A DNA stretch of 64,000 nucleotides from Comamonadaceae bacterium (GCA_947476285.1 CANJPU010000009.1:3630-67629), one strand, 5' to 3'. Positions 40,844 to 52,240 are shown, counted from the stretch's first letter. The notes: generated by a model from the sequence alone, not told the origin. Made by a program: numbers and translations.

Positions 40844-42352
40844 GTGACCATCCCCCGACTCCAGCTCGCCCACATCACCAAGCGCTACCCGGCAGTCGTT
40901 GCCAACAGCGACGTGTCGCTCGCCGTCCTGCCCGGGCAGACCCATGCGGTGCTGGGCGAGAACGGCGCGGGCAAGTCCACCTTGATGAAAATCATCTACG
41001 GATCGGTCAAGCCCGACGACGGCAGCGTCATGTGGAACGGCCAGCCGGTGCACATCCGCAATCCGCAGGAGGCGCGCTCGCTGGGCATCAGCATGGTGTT
41101 CCAGCACTTCAGCCTGTTCGATACGCTCACCGTGGCTCAGAACGTGTGGCTGGGGCTGGACAAGCGCCTCACGCTCAATGAGGTCACACACAGCATCAAC
41201 GCCAAGGCGGCCGAGTATGGCCTTGACATCGAACCCACCCGGCCAGTGCATACGCTGTCGGTAGGCGAGATGCAGCGGGTGGAGATCATCCGTGCCCTGC
41301 TGACCAACCCAAAGCTGCTGATTCTGGACGAGCCCACTTCGGTGCTCACGCCGCAAGCCGTGGAAAAGCTCTTCGTCGTGCTCAAGAAGCTGGCGTCCGA
41401 GGGTTGCAGCATCCTCTACATCAGCCACAAGCTGCACGAGATACGTGAGCTGTGCAGCGCGTGCACCGTGCTGCGCGGTGGCAAGGTCACGGGTGTATGC
41501 AACCCTCAGGAAGAATCCAATGCCTCGCTCTCGCGCATGATGATTGGCGCCGAACCGCCGGCTCTGGCGCATCATCAGCGCCAGCCCGGCGATGTGGTCT
41601 TGCAGGTGCGCGATCTCGGGCTGGCACGTGAAGACCAGTTCGGAGTCGATCTGGAGCGCATTTCCCTGCAGGTGCGGGCCGGTGAAGTGGTGGGCATCGC
41701 AGGCGTGTCGGGCAATGGCCAGCAGGAGTTGCTGTATGCCCTGTCTGGCGAGGACACGCGCGCGCAGCATGCAAGCATTCAGGTTCTGGGCAAAGATGTG
41801 GGGCGTTTCGGCCCTGCGCATCGGCGCCACCTGGGTGTGCATTTCGTGCCCGAGGAAAGGCTGGGCCGCGGCGCGGTGCCGACGCTGGGCCTGGCCCACA
41901 ACCTCATGCTCACCCGCACCGATGCGGTAGGCAAGAGCGGCTGGATCCATGTGAAGGCACTGGAGAAGCAGGCCCGCGACATCATCAGCCGATTCAATGT
42001 GAAGGCCGGTGGGCCGGATGCAGCGGCCAAGTCGCTCTCTGGCGGCAATTTGCAGAAGTTCATCGTCGGACGCGAGATCGATGCCAACCCCAAGCTGCTG
42101 ATTGTGTCGCAGCCCACCTGGGGGGTTGATGTGGGGGCTGCCGCGCAGATTCGCGCAGAGATACTCGCGCTGCGCGACGCTGGCTGCGCCGTGCTGGTGG
42201 TGAGCGAAGAGTTGGAAGAACTGTTTGAGATCAGCGACCGCCTGCACGTGATCGCCAAGGGGCGCTTGTCTCCCTCCATCGACAGGGCGAGCGCGAACGT
42301 AAGCCTGATTGGCGAGTGGATGAGCGGCCTGTGGGAGGCGACCCATGCTTAA
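40844..42352 (+). CDS. Purine/nucleoside ABC transporter ATPase (two NBDs)
   Basis: GENGAGKST, LDEPT, LSGGNLQK, SQPTWG; GTG start. Confidence 0.92.
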   Translation: MTIPRLQLAHITKRYPAVVANSDVSLAVLPGQTHAVLGENGAGKSTLMKIIYGSVKPDDGSVMWNGQPVHIRNPQEARSLGISMVFQHFSLFDTLTVAQNVWLGLDKRLTLNEVTHSINAKAAEYGLDIEPTRPVHTLSVGEMQRVEIIRALLTNPKLLILDEPTSVLTPQAVEKLFVVLKKLASEGCSILYISHKLHEIRELCSACTVLRGGKVTGVCNPQEESNASLSRMMIGAEPPALAHHQRQPGDVVLQVRDLGLAREDQFGVDLERISLQVRAGEVVGIAGVSGNGQQELLYALSGEDTRAQHASIQVLGKDVGRFGPAHRRHLGVHFVPEERLGRGAVPTLGLAHNLMLTRTDAVGKSGWIHVKALEKQARDIISRFNVKAGGPDAAAKSLSGGNLQKFIVGREIDANPKLLIVSQPTWGVDVGAAAQIRAEILALRDAGCAVLVVSEELEELFEISDRLHVIAKGRLSPSIDRASANVSLIGEWMSGLWEATHA

Positions 42353-43424
42353 GCTTGAAGCGCGCGCGCAAACCTCGCGCTTATGGAGCCTGGCCTCGCC
42401 CTTGCTGGCATTGGCCATCACGGTGGTGATTGGCGTGCTGCTGTTTGTCGCGCTGGGCAAAGACCCAGTCAAGGGTCTGCAGGTATTTTTCTGGGAGCCA
42501 ATCAAGTCGCCCTACGCAATTGGCGAGCTGATGGTCAAAGCCACGCCGCTGCTGGTGATCGCGCTGGGCTTGGCCGTGTGCTTTCGATCCAATGTCTGGA
42601 ACATCGGCGCTGAGGGCCAATTCATCATCGGCGCAGTATTCGCTGGTGGCGTGGCGCTGCTGGCCGACAAGGACACGAGCCGCTGGATCGTGCTGGTCAT
42701 CATGCTGGCGGGCATTGCCGGGGGCATGCTGTGGGCCGGCATCACGGCGCTGCTGCGCGACCGCTTCAATGCCAACGAGATTCTGGTCAGCCTGATGCTG
42801 GTGTACGTGGCCGACATGGTGCTGAGCTTTCTGGTCTATGGGCCGTGGAAAGACCCGGGCGGCTACAACTTTCCCCAGACCAAGAACTTCGAGGCGGTGA
42901 CCCAAATTCCGCGTTTGATGCAGGGCTCGCGCGTGAGCATCGGGCTTGTGATCGCGCTGGCGGCTGTCGCCGCGCTGTGGGTCTTCTTGTTTCGCACCCG
43001 TGCCGGTTTCGCGCAGCAGGTGGGCGGCTTGGCACCGGCTGCGGCGAGGTATGCCGGGTTTTCTTCGCGCAAGGCCTTGTGGATTGCCTTGCTCAGCTCC
43101 GGCGGCGCGGCTGGCCTGGCCGGTGCGCTGGAGGTGGCCGGACCCATCGGACAACTCACGCCCTATGTGCCGGCGGGCTACGGCTTTGCCGCCATCATCG
43201 TGGCCTTTGTCGGGCGGCTGCATCCAGTGGGCATGGTGTTCTCGGCCATTCTCATGAGCATGTTCTACATCGGCGGCGAGCTGGCGCAATCGCGCCTGGG
43301 GCTGCCCAAGTCGCTGACTGGCGTATTCCAGGGCTTGTTGCTGTTCACCTTGCTGGCTTGCGACACACTGATGTTCTACCGCCTGCGCTGGCTCGCCCCG
43401 CAGGTGCACAAGGGAGCGAGCTGA
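42345..43424 (+). CDS. Purine/nucleoside ABC permease 1
   Basis: WNIGAEGQ, ANEILVSLML, GYGFAAIIVA. Confidence 0.92.
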   Translation: MLKLEARAQTSRLWSLASPLLALAITVVIGVLLFVALGKDPVKGLQVFFWEPIKSPYAIGELMVKATPLLVIALGLAVCFRSNVWNIGAEGQFIIGAVFAGGVALLADKDTSRWIVLVIMLAGIAGGMLWAGITALLRDRFNANEILVSLMLVYVADMVLSFLVYGPWKDPGGYNFPQTKNFEAVTQIPRLMQGSRVSIGLVIALAAVAALWVFLFRTRAGFAQQVGGLAPAAARYAGFSSRKALWIALLSSGGAAGLAGALEVAGPIGQLTPYVPAGYGFAAIIVAFVGRLHPVGMVFSAILMSMFYIGGELAQSRLGLPKSLTGVFQGLLLFTLLACDTLMFYRLRWLAPQVHKGAS

Positions 43425-44342
43425 GTGGAATCCTATGCATTGCTCATCGCTGCCACGCTCAACGCGGGCACCGTGCTGGCCATCGCGGCCCTGGGGCTGT
43501 TGATCAACGAAAAAGCCGGCATCGTCAACCTGGGCGCCGAGGGCATGTTGCTGTGCGCCGCGGTCGCCGGCTTCGCTGCCGTGGTGCACACCGGCAACGA
43601 CTGGCTGGGCTTTGCGGCGGGCATGGGCGCGGGCGCGCTGCTGGCGGCCCTGTTCGGCGTGCTGGTGATCTGGCTCAACACCAACCAGTACGCGACCGGT
43701 CTGGCGCTCAGCCTCTTTGGCGCGGGCTTCTCGGCCTTTGCTGGCATCAAGTATGTGCAAGAGAAATTGCCCGAGCGGCCGCACTTCTCCATTCCCCTGC
43801 TGGGCGACATTCCCCTGCTGGGCCCGGCCCTGTTTCGCCAGCATCCCCTGGTGTATTTCACGATCGCGCTCGTTGCCTGGTTGATCTGGTTTCTGTACCG
43901 CTCGCGCACGGGTCTGGTGCTTCGATCGGTCGGTGAGTCACCCGAATCGGCGCATGCGCTGGGCTATCCGGTGCGGCGCATTCGCCTGGCCGCGGTGGTG
44001 GCCGGCGGCGCCCTGTGCGGGTTGGCCGGCGCCTACATTTCAGTCATCTACACGCCACTGTGGGTCGAGGGCATGGTCGCCGGCAAGGGCTGGATCGCCT
44101 TGGCCCTGACCACTTTCGCCACATGGCGCCCGGCACGGGTGTTGCTTGGTGCTTATCTTTTTGGAGGCGTGACCATGCTGCAGTTTCACTTTCAAGGCAT
44201 AGGCGTGGACGTGCCCAGCCAGTTTCTCACCATGCTGCCTTACCTTGCCACCATCGTGGTGCTGGCCCTGATCTCGCGCAACCCTGCCTGGATACGCATC
44301 AACATGCCAGCGTCGCTGGGCAAACCTTTTTATCCCGGCTGA
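43425..44342 (+). CDS. Purine/nucleoside ABC permease 2
   Basis: EKAGIVNLGAEG, GKGWIALA, LPY. Confidence 0.92.
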   Translation: MESYALLIAATLNAGTVLAIAALGLLINEKAGIVNLGAEGMLLCAAVAGFAAVVHTGNDWLGFAAGMGAGALLAALFGVLVIWLNTNQYATGLALSLFGAGFSAFAGIKYVQEKLPERPHFSIPLLGDIPLLGPALFRQHPLVYFTIALVAWLIWFLYRSRTGLVLRSVGESPESAHALGYPVRRIRLAAVVAGGALCGLAGAYISVIYTPLWVEGMVAGKGWIALALTTFATWRPARVLLGAYLFGGVTMLQFHFQGIGVDVPSQFLTMLPYLATIVVLALISRNPAWIRINMPASLGKPFYPG

Positions 44343-44391
44343 TAATCTCAGCCTTCAACCACAACACCAACCACCGCAGAAGGAATTTGAA

Positions 44392-45543
44392 ATGACCGAC
44401 TTGAACAAACGCTCCATGCTCAAACTGGCAACGCTGTCGGCCCTGGCCGCTGCGGTGCTTGTGGGCTGCGGCAAGTCCGAGCCGCCGGCACCCGTAGCAG
44501 CTCCGGCAGCCGCGCCAGCGCCCAAGCCCGAGCCTTTGAAAATCGCATTCGCTTATGTCGGCCCGGTTGGCGATGGCGGCTGGACATTCGCCCACGACAA
44601 CGGCCGCAAGGCAGTGGAAAAAGAATTCGGCGACAAGGTTGCCACCAGCTTCGTCGAGAAAGTGCCCGAGTCGGCCGATGCCGAGCGCGTCATCCGCGAC
44701 ATGGTGGGTCAGGGCAACAAGCTGATTTTCGGCACCACCTTCGGCTACATGGAGCCCATGCTCAAGGTCGCCGCCGACAACAAGGCAGTGAAGTTCGAGC
44801 ATGCCACCGGCTACAAGACCGGCGAGAACATGCGCACCTACGACAGCCGCACCTACGAAGGCGCCTACATGGCCGGCGTCATCGCGGGCAAGATGACCAA
44901 GACCAACACACTGGGCGTGGTCGCCTCCATCCCAATCCCCGAGGTGGTGCGCAACATCAACAGCTTCACCATGGGCGCGCAGTCGGTCAACCCGAAAGTC
45001 AAGACCAAAGTGGTGTGGGTCAACGAGTGGTTCAATCCCCCGAAGGAAACCGAGGCCGCCACATCCCTCATCAACGGCGGTGCCGACGTGCTCATGCAAA
45101 ACACCGACTCCTCCGCAGTGTTGCAGACGGCCGAAAAAATGGGCAAGCGTGCCTTCGGCTGGGACAGCGACATGACCGCCTACGGCCCCAAGGCCCACCT
45201 GGGCTCGGCCATCATCAACTGGGCGCCCTACTACATCAAGGCCACGCGTGACGCGCTGGAAGGCAAGTGGGCCACCGGCCAAACTTGGTGGGGCGTGAAA
45301 GAAGGCGCGATCGACATGGTGTCGGTGGCCGCCGATGTGCCTGAAGACGCCAAGAAGAAGCTCGATGAAGTCAAGGCCGGCTTGAAGGACGGCAGCTTCT
45401 CCATCTGGAAGGGCCCGCTGATCAGCAACGCCGGCAAGGAAATGCTGGCCAAGGACACCGTGGCCGACGACAAGTTCTTGGGCGGCATCAACTTCTACGT
45501 CAAGGGTGTCGAAGGCAAGGTGCCGGGCGGCGACAAGAAGTAA
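44392..45543 (+). CDS. BMP-family purine-binding lipoprotein
   Basis: LVGC lipobox, DGGWTFAH, GTTFG, W.NP..E, WGVKEG. Confidence 0.92.
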   Translation: MTDLNKRSMLKLATLSALAAAVLVGCGKSEPPAPVAAPAAAPAPKPEPLKIAFAYVGPVGDGGWTFAHDNGRKAVEKEFGDKVATSFVEKVPESADAERVIRDMVGQGNKLIFGTTFGYMEPMLKVAADNKAVKFEHATGYKTGENMRTYDSRTYEGAYMAGVIAGKMTKTNTLGVVASIPIPEVVRNINSFTMGAQSVNPKVKTKVVWVNEWFNPPKETEAATSLINGGADVLMQNTDSSAVLQTAEKMGKRAFGWDSDMTAYGPKAHLGSAIINWAPYYIKATRDALEGKWATGQTWWGVKEGAIDMVSVAADVPEDAKKKLDEVKAGLKDGSFSIWKGPLISNAGKEMLAKDTVADDKFLGGINFYVKGVEGKVPGGDKK

Positions 45544-45551
45544 GTCGACAT

Positions 45552-45582
45552 GCTCAGGAGGTCTTGACTTGGCCTCTTGAGC
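45552..45582 (+). terminator. Stem-loop after BMP gene (possible terminator or mRNA stabiliser)
   Basis: GCTCAGGAGG...CCTCTTGAGC, 10-bp stem with one G-U pair; no strong U tract. Confidence 0.4.
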
Positions 45583-45585
45583 TAT

Positions 45586-46702
<1,117 letters not shown>

Positions 46703-46706
46703 CGGG

Positions 46707-48029
46707 CTATCCCGCCCAAACCAGAATCGCCCGAAAGTCATTCACGTTGGTATACGTGGGGCCTGTGATCACCAGATCATCGAGTTTGCGAAAGTAGCCA
46801 TAGGCGTCGTTGCGATCCAGGTAGTCTTCAATCCGCATGCCCAGCGACAGGCCGCGCAACAAGGTTTCCGGGCCAACGAATGCCCCGGCGTTGTCCTCTA
46901 CGCCATCAATGCCGTCGGTGTCCGCCGCCAGCGCCCACACGCCAGACTGACCCTGCAGTGCCTGTGCCAGACCCATGCAGAACTCGCCTGCCCGCCCACC
47001 GCGGCCGCGTGGTGTACCTGCGGGCTGCTGGCGCACGGTGACGGTAGTTTCACCACCCGAGAGAATCACGCAGGGGGCCGCAAAGGGCGCAGCATGGCGC
47101 GCCACTGCGCGCGCCAGCGCAGCATGCACCTTGCCCACCTCGCGCGATTCGCCTTCCATCTCGTCGCTGAGGATGTACGCCTGCACGCCAGCCGCTCGTG
47201 CCTGCGCCGCCGCAGCCTCCAGCGACTGACGCGGCGTGGCGATCATGTGCAGCGCATGGCCATCGAATGCCGGGTCGCCGGGTTTGGGCGTCTCCAGTTC
47301 GCCCTGCTCCAGTTGGTGCGTCACAGAGCCAGGCAATTCGATGCCGTAGCGCCGCAAGATCGCCAACGCGTCGGCGCAAGTGCTGGCGTCTGGCACCGTG
47401 GGGCCGCTGGCAATGATGGATGGATCATCTCCCGGCACATCGCTGATGGCGAGCGTCACCACCTTTGCGGGCGCGCAGGCTGCGGCCAGCCGGCCGCCCT
47501 TGATGCGCGAGAGATGCTTGCGCACGCAATTCATCTGCGCGATGTCGGCACCGCTGTTCAGCAACTCGCGGTTGATGCGTTGCTTGTCTTGCAGCGTCAG
47601 GCCTTGCGCCGGCAGCGTCAGCAGCGCCGAGCCGCCACCCGAGATGAGGCACAGCACCAGGTCATCGGCGCTCAAGCCCCGCACCATCTGCAGGATGCGC
47701 TGCGCGGCGGCCATGCCCGCCGCATCCGGCACGGGATGAGAAGCCTCCACCACCTCGATGCGCGGCGCCAGGCCCTGCGGCCGAGGAGGAATATGGTGGT
47801 AGCGAGTGACCACCAGGCCTTGCAGCGGTGCATCGGCCGGCCACAGGGCCTCCACCGCTTGTGCCATCGATCCGCCGGCCTTGCCCGCACCGATGACGAC
47901 CGTACGGCCTTTGGGCACGGGCGGCAAATGCGCAGCCATGTTGTGCAGCGGCAGCGCACGCCGCACAGCCGTCTGATAGAGGTGCTGTAGAAAAGCGTGT
48001 GGCTCGGTCGCTGGGTCGGGCGTGCTCAT
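46707..48029 (-). CDS. ttuD: Glycerate 2-kinase (MOFRL / TtuD-like)
   Basis: GAGKA, HPVPD, ISGGGSAL, SDVPGD, GGETTV, TDGIDG, TYTNVND. Confidence 0.88.
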   Translation of the reverse strand: MSTPDPATEPHAFLQHLYQTAVRRALPLHNMAAHLPPVPKGRTVVIGAGKAGGSMAQAVEALWPADAPLQGLVVTRYHHIPPRPQGLAPRIEVVEASHPVPDAAGMAAAQRILQMVRGLSADDLVLCLISGGGSALLTLPAQGLTLQDKQRINRELLNSGADIAQMNCVRKHLSRIKGGRLAAACAPAKVVTLAISDVPGDDPSIIASGPTVPDASTCADALAILRRYGIELPGSVTHQLEQGELETPKPGDPAFDGHALHMIATPRQSLEAAAAQARAAGVQAYILSDEMEGESREVGKVHAALARAVARHAAPFAAPCVILSGGETTVTVRQQPAGTPRGRGGRAGEFCMGLAQALQGQSGVWALAADTDGIDGVEDNAGAFVGPETLLRGLSLGMRIEDYLDRNDAYGYFRKLDDLVITGPTYTNVNDFRAILVWAG

Positions 48030-48071
48030 GCGTTGGGTCTCCAGCGCGTATTGTGATGCGATCAGTTTGGT

Positions 48072-49139
48072 TCAGGCCGCCAGCGCCTCGCACACCGCGC
48101 GAGTCACCTGCGCCGTGGTGGCCTTGCCGCCCAAATCCGCAGTGTGCAGCGACACATCGGCGGTCACGGTTTCGATCGCCTGCATCAAGCGGGCAGCAGC
48201 ATGCGTCTCACCCAGATGCTCCAGCAACATCACCACCGACCAGAAGGTGCCCACCGGATTGGCCAGGCCCTTGCCCATGATGTCGAAGGCCGAGCCATGA
48301 ATCGGCTCGAACATGGAGGGGTAGCGGCGCTCGGGGTCGATGTTGCCAGTGGGCGCGATGCCCAGGCTTCCCGCCAGCGCCGCAGCCAGATCGCTCAGGA
48401 TGTCCGCATGCAGGTTGGTTGCGACAAGCGTGTCCAGCGAAGCCGGTCGATTGACCATGCGGGCAGTGGCGGCGTCCACCAGCTCTTTGTCCCACCGCAC
48501 ATCGGGGAACTCTCTAGAAATTTGCAGCGCGATCTCGTCCCACATCACCATCGCATGACGCTGCGCATTGCTCTTGGTCACCACCGTCAGCAGTTTGCGC
48601 GGGCGCGACTGCGCAAGCTTGAAGGCAAAGCGCATGATGCGCTCGACCCCGGCGCGCGTCATCATCGACACATCGGTGGCCACCTCGATCGGATGACCCT
48701 GGTGCACGCGGCCGCCCACACCAGCATATTCGCCTTCGGAGTTTTCGCGCACGATCACCCAGTCGAGGTCTTGCGGCCTGCAGCGCTTGAGTGGCGCATC
48801 GATGCCCGGCAGGATGCGGGTAGGCCGCACGTTGGCATACTGGTCAAAGCCCTGGCAGATCTTCAGGCGCAGGCCCCACAGCGTGATGTGATCGGGAATG
48901 TGCGGATCACCGGCCGAGCCGAACAAAATCGCGTCCTTGTCGCGCAAGGCATTGAGGCCATCGTCGGGCATCATCACGCCGTGCGCGCGAAAGTAATCTC
49001 CACCCCAGCCGAAGTTCTCGAATTCAAATCGAAAACCGCTGCCGGACGCGGCCAGCGCCTGCATGACTTCCTGCCCGGCGGGCACGACTTCCTTGCCGAT
49101 GCCGTCACCCGGGATGGTGGCAATGCGATAGGTCTTCAT
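48072..49139 (-). CDS. ttuC: Tartrate dehydrogenase / D-malate dehydrogenase
   Basis: IPGDGIG, DQYANVRP, RENSEGEY, VTKSNA, FEPIHGSAFDI. Confidence 0.88.
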   Translation of the reverse strand: MKTYRIATIPGDGIGKEVVPAGQEVMQALAASGSGFRFEFENFGWGGDYFRAHGVMMPDDGLNALRDKDAILFGSAGDPHIPDHITLWGLRLKICQGFDQYANVRPTRILPGIDAPLKRCRPQDLDWVIVRENSEGEYAGVGGRVHQGHPIEVATDVSMMTRAGVERIMRFAFKLAQSRPRKLLTVVTKSNAQRHAMVMWDEIALQISREFPDVRWDKELVDAATARMVNRPASLDTLVATNLHADILSDLAAALAGSLGIAPTGNIDPERRYPSMFEPIHGSAFDIMGKGLANPVGTFWSVVMLLEHLGETHAAARLMQAIETVTADVSLHTADLGGKATTAQVTRAVCEALAA

Positions 49140-49209
49140 GGGTTTTTCTCCGTGGGGTTTGCTCTGATGTGGCGCAACTGTAGCCCCAGACAGTTCACGC
49201 AAGAGTAGC

Positions 49210-49220
49210 TATACTGTACA
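49210..49220 (+). promoter_or_regulatory. TA promoter -10 overlapped by TGTACA operator
   Basis: TATACT directly overlapping palindrome TGTACA, the core of E. coli YefM operators. Confidence 0.55.
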
Positions 49221-49248
49221 TGTTGGCCACTTATCTTTTGACCACCTT

Positions 49249-49524
49249 ATGATCACCGTCACATCCGTGCAAGCCCAGAACAATTTCGGTCAGTTACTGG
49301 ACACTGCCCTGCGCGAACCCATAACGATCACACGGCACGGACGTCCGGCTGCATTCATTGTGTCACCGCAAGACATGGACGAGCTGATGGACGCGCGGCG
49401 CAAGCGCAGCAAGGCAGTTCAGGAATTTGAAGCTTTCTTCGCCAAGTCAGACAAGCATCTCAAGCCGGCTGCGCGCAAACTGACTGAGCAGGACATCGTC
49501 AAACTGGCGCGCACCAGTCGATGA
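49249..49524 (+). CDS. Phd/YefM-family antitoxin
   Basis: SVQAQNNFGQLLD..EPITITRHGRP. Confidence 0.9.
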   Translation: MITVTSVQAQNNFGQLLDTALREPITITRHGRPAAFIVSPQDMDELMDARRKRSKAVQEFEAFFAKSDKHLKPAARKLTEQDIVKLARTSR

Positions 49525-49982
49525 GCCGGCCGCCGCGCGCGGTGTTCGATACCAGCACCCTGATAGGCGCCTTGCTTGGCCCACGCTCCGTTCCCCGGCA
49601 AGCCCTGACCTTGGCTCTACCGAGCTTTGAGCTGTGCGTCTGCGAAGCCACCCTGACAGAACTCGACAAGGTGATGAGGCGAACCAAGTTTGACAAGTAC
49701 CTTTCATTGACCGAGCGCCTGGACTTCGTGGCCCTGTATCAGAGGCGGTCCTCGATGCACTCTGTGGACAGGTCGAGCGAATTGATCGCGCGCGACGTCT
49801 GTCGCGATCCAGAGGACGCAAAGTTCCTTGCGCTCGCCCACGCATGCTCAGCCGAAGTGCTGGTGTCGAGCGACGAAGACCTGCTGGTGCTCAATGGATG
49901 GCAGGGGATCGGCATCGTCCGCGCGTCGCAGTTTGTCGACGCACTTAACGGTGTATCGGGTACAGGCTATGCGGATCGCTGA
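49521..49982 (+). CDS. PIN-domain (VapC-like) toxin
   Basis: VFDTS, CRDPEDAKFL, SSDEDLL; ATGA overlap with antitoxin. Confidence 0.88.
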   Translation: MSRPPRAVFDTSTLIGALLGPRSVPRQALTLALPSFELCVCEATLTELDKVMRRTKFDKYLSLTERLDFVALYQRRSSMHSVDRSSELIARDVCRDPEDAKFLALAHACSAEVLVSSDEDLLVLNGWQGIGIVRASQFVDALNGVSGTGYADR

Positions 49983-50021
49983 TGTTTTCGTGGTTCACGA
50001 CAAGACCCCGTTCGGGCTGAG

Positions 50022-50981
50022 CTACTTCTTCCCCATCCCCAATCTCTGCGCCCCCTCCGTATAGAGCCTGGACTTCTCTCGCATGAAGGCGTCCATCTGG
50101 TCGGGCCCGACGTTGACCAGTTCGAAGCCAGCCTTGGCCGCCAGCTCTTTCATCTCGGGGTCGTTGTTCAGTTGCGCCCACAAATCGGCCATGCGCCTGC
50201 GGGCTTCGGGCGGTGTGGACTTGGGCACACCGATGCCGCGGTAGGCGCCGTCCACCCAGTCAACACCCAACTCGCGGAAGGTGGGCACGTCAGGCATCAG
50301 CGGGTGGCGCCTTTCCATGGCCACGGCCAGTGCGCGCACTTTGCCTTTGTTGCCAATCGCAAAGGGCGTGTAGGTGACCGCACCATCGATCTGATTGCCC
50401 ACCACCGCCAGCGCCATGTCGCCGGTGCCCTTGTAGGGCACGTAAGTGCTCTTGATGCCGAACACCGCGTTGAGGCGCTCATGCGCGGCATGGTTGGCCG
50501 AGTTCAGGCCCGAACCGCCCAGACTCATCTTGCCGGGGTTGCGCTTGGCCCCGGCGATGAATTCGGCGAAGGTCTTGTAGGGGCTGGCCTCGGGCACCAC
50601 CAGTGCGTCGGGCGTGAAGTGAAACCAGAACACTGGCGTCACGTCTTCGGTCTTGTATTGCACCTGGCCTTCCAGGGGCTGGAACACAATGTGCGGCAGG
50701 TTGATGCCCACGATGTTCAGGCCGTCGCCTGGCAACTGGTTCATCTGCGACCACATCAGGCCGCCGCCGGCGCCGGGTTTGTACTGAATGACGGTGTCGA
50801 TGAGCGGGCATTTTTTCTTGAGCACCACCTGCTGGTGGCGGCCGGACAAGTCTGACTCGCCGCCCGGCGGGAATGCCTGCCAGTACAAAACGTTCTTGTC
50901 AGGGCATGCCTGTGCAAGGCCAGCCAGGGGCGCGAGTGTCAGGCAGGCCATCGCCATCCATTTTGCGAATTTGATCTTCAT
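50022..50981 (-). CDS. TctC/Bug-family solute-binding protein
   Basis: Signal peptide, AFPPGG.SD, PGAGG, VPYKG, PDVPT. Confidence 0.9.
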   Translation of the reverse strand: MKIKFAKWMAMACLTLAPLAGLAQACPDKNVLYWQAFPPGGESDLSGRHQQVVLKKKCPLIDTVIQYKPGAGGGLMWSQMNQLPGDGLNIVGINLPHIVFQPLEGQVQYKTEDVTPVFWFHFTPDALVVPEASPYKTFAEFIAGAKRNPGKMSLGGSGLNSANHAAHERLNAVFGIKSTYVPYKGTGDMALAVVGNQIDGAVTYTPFAIGNKGKVRALAVAMERRHPLMPDVPTFRELGVDWVDGAYRGIGVPKSTPPEARRRMADLWAQLNNDPEMKELAAKAGFELVNVGPDQMDAFMREKSRLYTEGAQRLGMGKK

Positions 50982-51003
50982 GAGTTTTTTCCCTTTGATT
51001 TGT

Positions 51004-52200
51004 TCACGGCGTCAGCGCGCCAGCGCGAAACCACTGCCCGATCAAGGCGCGCTCTTGCTCGGTGATGCCAGTGGCATTATTCATCGGCATCAATCTGGCC
51101 ACCACTGCCTGCTGGTACACTGCCTGCGCATTCTGCTTCACGCCAGCCGCCGAATCCAGGCGCACATTCTTCATCTGCACTTGTGGGCCGTGGCACATGT
51201 AGCAGCGTTGCTCCAGTACCTTTTGCACATCGGTATAGCTCGCCGATGCAGGCGCAGGTACCGCGCTTGAAACAGGCGGCCTCAGCCAGACGATGACGCC
51301 AACGATCACCAGCACACCGGCCAACGCATAGGGCCATGGGTGAGCATTGCGCCCGAGCTTATAGCCGTGCCGCATCACGAAAAACTGGCGAATGGCCGCG
51401 CCGGCGAACATCATCAGAATGAGCACCAGCCAATTTTGCGGATGGCTCCAGGTGAAACTGTAGTGATTGCTGAGCATGGCAAACAGGACCGGCAACGTGA
51501 AGTAGGTGTTGTGCACGCTGCGCTGTTTGCCACGAATGCCGTGTATCGCATCCACTGGCTGGCCCGCCTTGATGGCAGCCACCACTGTCCTTTGGCCCGG
51601 GATGATCCAGAAAAACACATTGGCGCTCATGGCGGTGGCGATCATGGCGCCCACCAGCAGGAATGCCGCACGGCCTGCGAACCAGTGGCAAGCCAGCCAC
51701 GAGGCCAGGCACACCAACAGCAAGACCAAGGCACCCACAATCGCGTCGCCATTCTTGCGTTGGCCCAGGTGCTGGCAGATGGCGTCGTACAGCACCCAGA
51801 ACACGACCAGGAAACTCAGGGCCACCGAAATGGCCGCCCCCGGCGCCCAGTTCATCAGGCTCTTGTCGATGAGATACGTGCTGGCGCTCCAGATATAGGA
51901 AACAGCAAAGAGCGCAAACCCGGTCAGCCATGTGGAATAGCTTTCCCAATAAAACCAATGAAGATGCGCTGGCAAGCTCGGCGGCTGCACGGCAAACTTC
52001 ACCGGGTGGTAGAAGCCGCCGCCATGCACCGCCCACAACTCGCCGCTCACGCCCTGCTTCTTCAAGTCTTCATCGACCGGGGGCGTGAGACTGGAATCGA
52101 GGAAAACAAAATAGAAGGATGAGCCAATCCAGGCGATGGCGGTGAGCACATGAACCCAGCGCAGCAGCAGATTGGCCCAGTCGAGAATGTAGCTTTCCAT
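51004..52200 (-). CDS. puuD: Membrane urate hydroxylase with C-terminal cytochrome c
   Basis: RWVHVLTAIAWIGSSFYF, WAVHGGGFY, HNTYFTLPV, RCYMCH. Confidence 0.9.
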   Translation of the reverse strand: MESYILDWANLLLRWVHVLTAIAWIGSSFYFVFLDSSLTPPVDEDLKKQGVSGELWAVHGGGFYHPVKFAVQPPSLPAHLHWFYWESYSTWLTGFALFAVSYIWSASTYLIDKSLMNWAPGAAISVALSFLVVFWVLYDAICQHLGQRKNGDAIVGALVLLLVCLASWLACHWFAGRAAFLLVGAMIATAMSANVFFWIIPGQRTVVAAIKAGQPVDAIHGIRGKQRSVHNTYFTLPVLFAMLSNHYSFTWSHPQNWLVLILMMFAGAAIRQFFVMRHGYKLGRNAHPWPYALAGVLVIVGVIVWLRPPVSSAVPAPASASYTDVQKVLEQRCYMCHGPQVQMKNVRLDSAAGVKQNAQAVYQQAVVARLMPMNNATGITEQERALIGQWFRAGALTP

Positions 52201-52240
52201 GTGTGTCAGCGCCTGTTCGTCGCTGCGGTAAGTGCCGACC

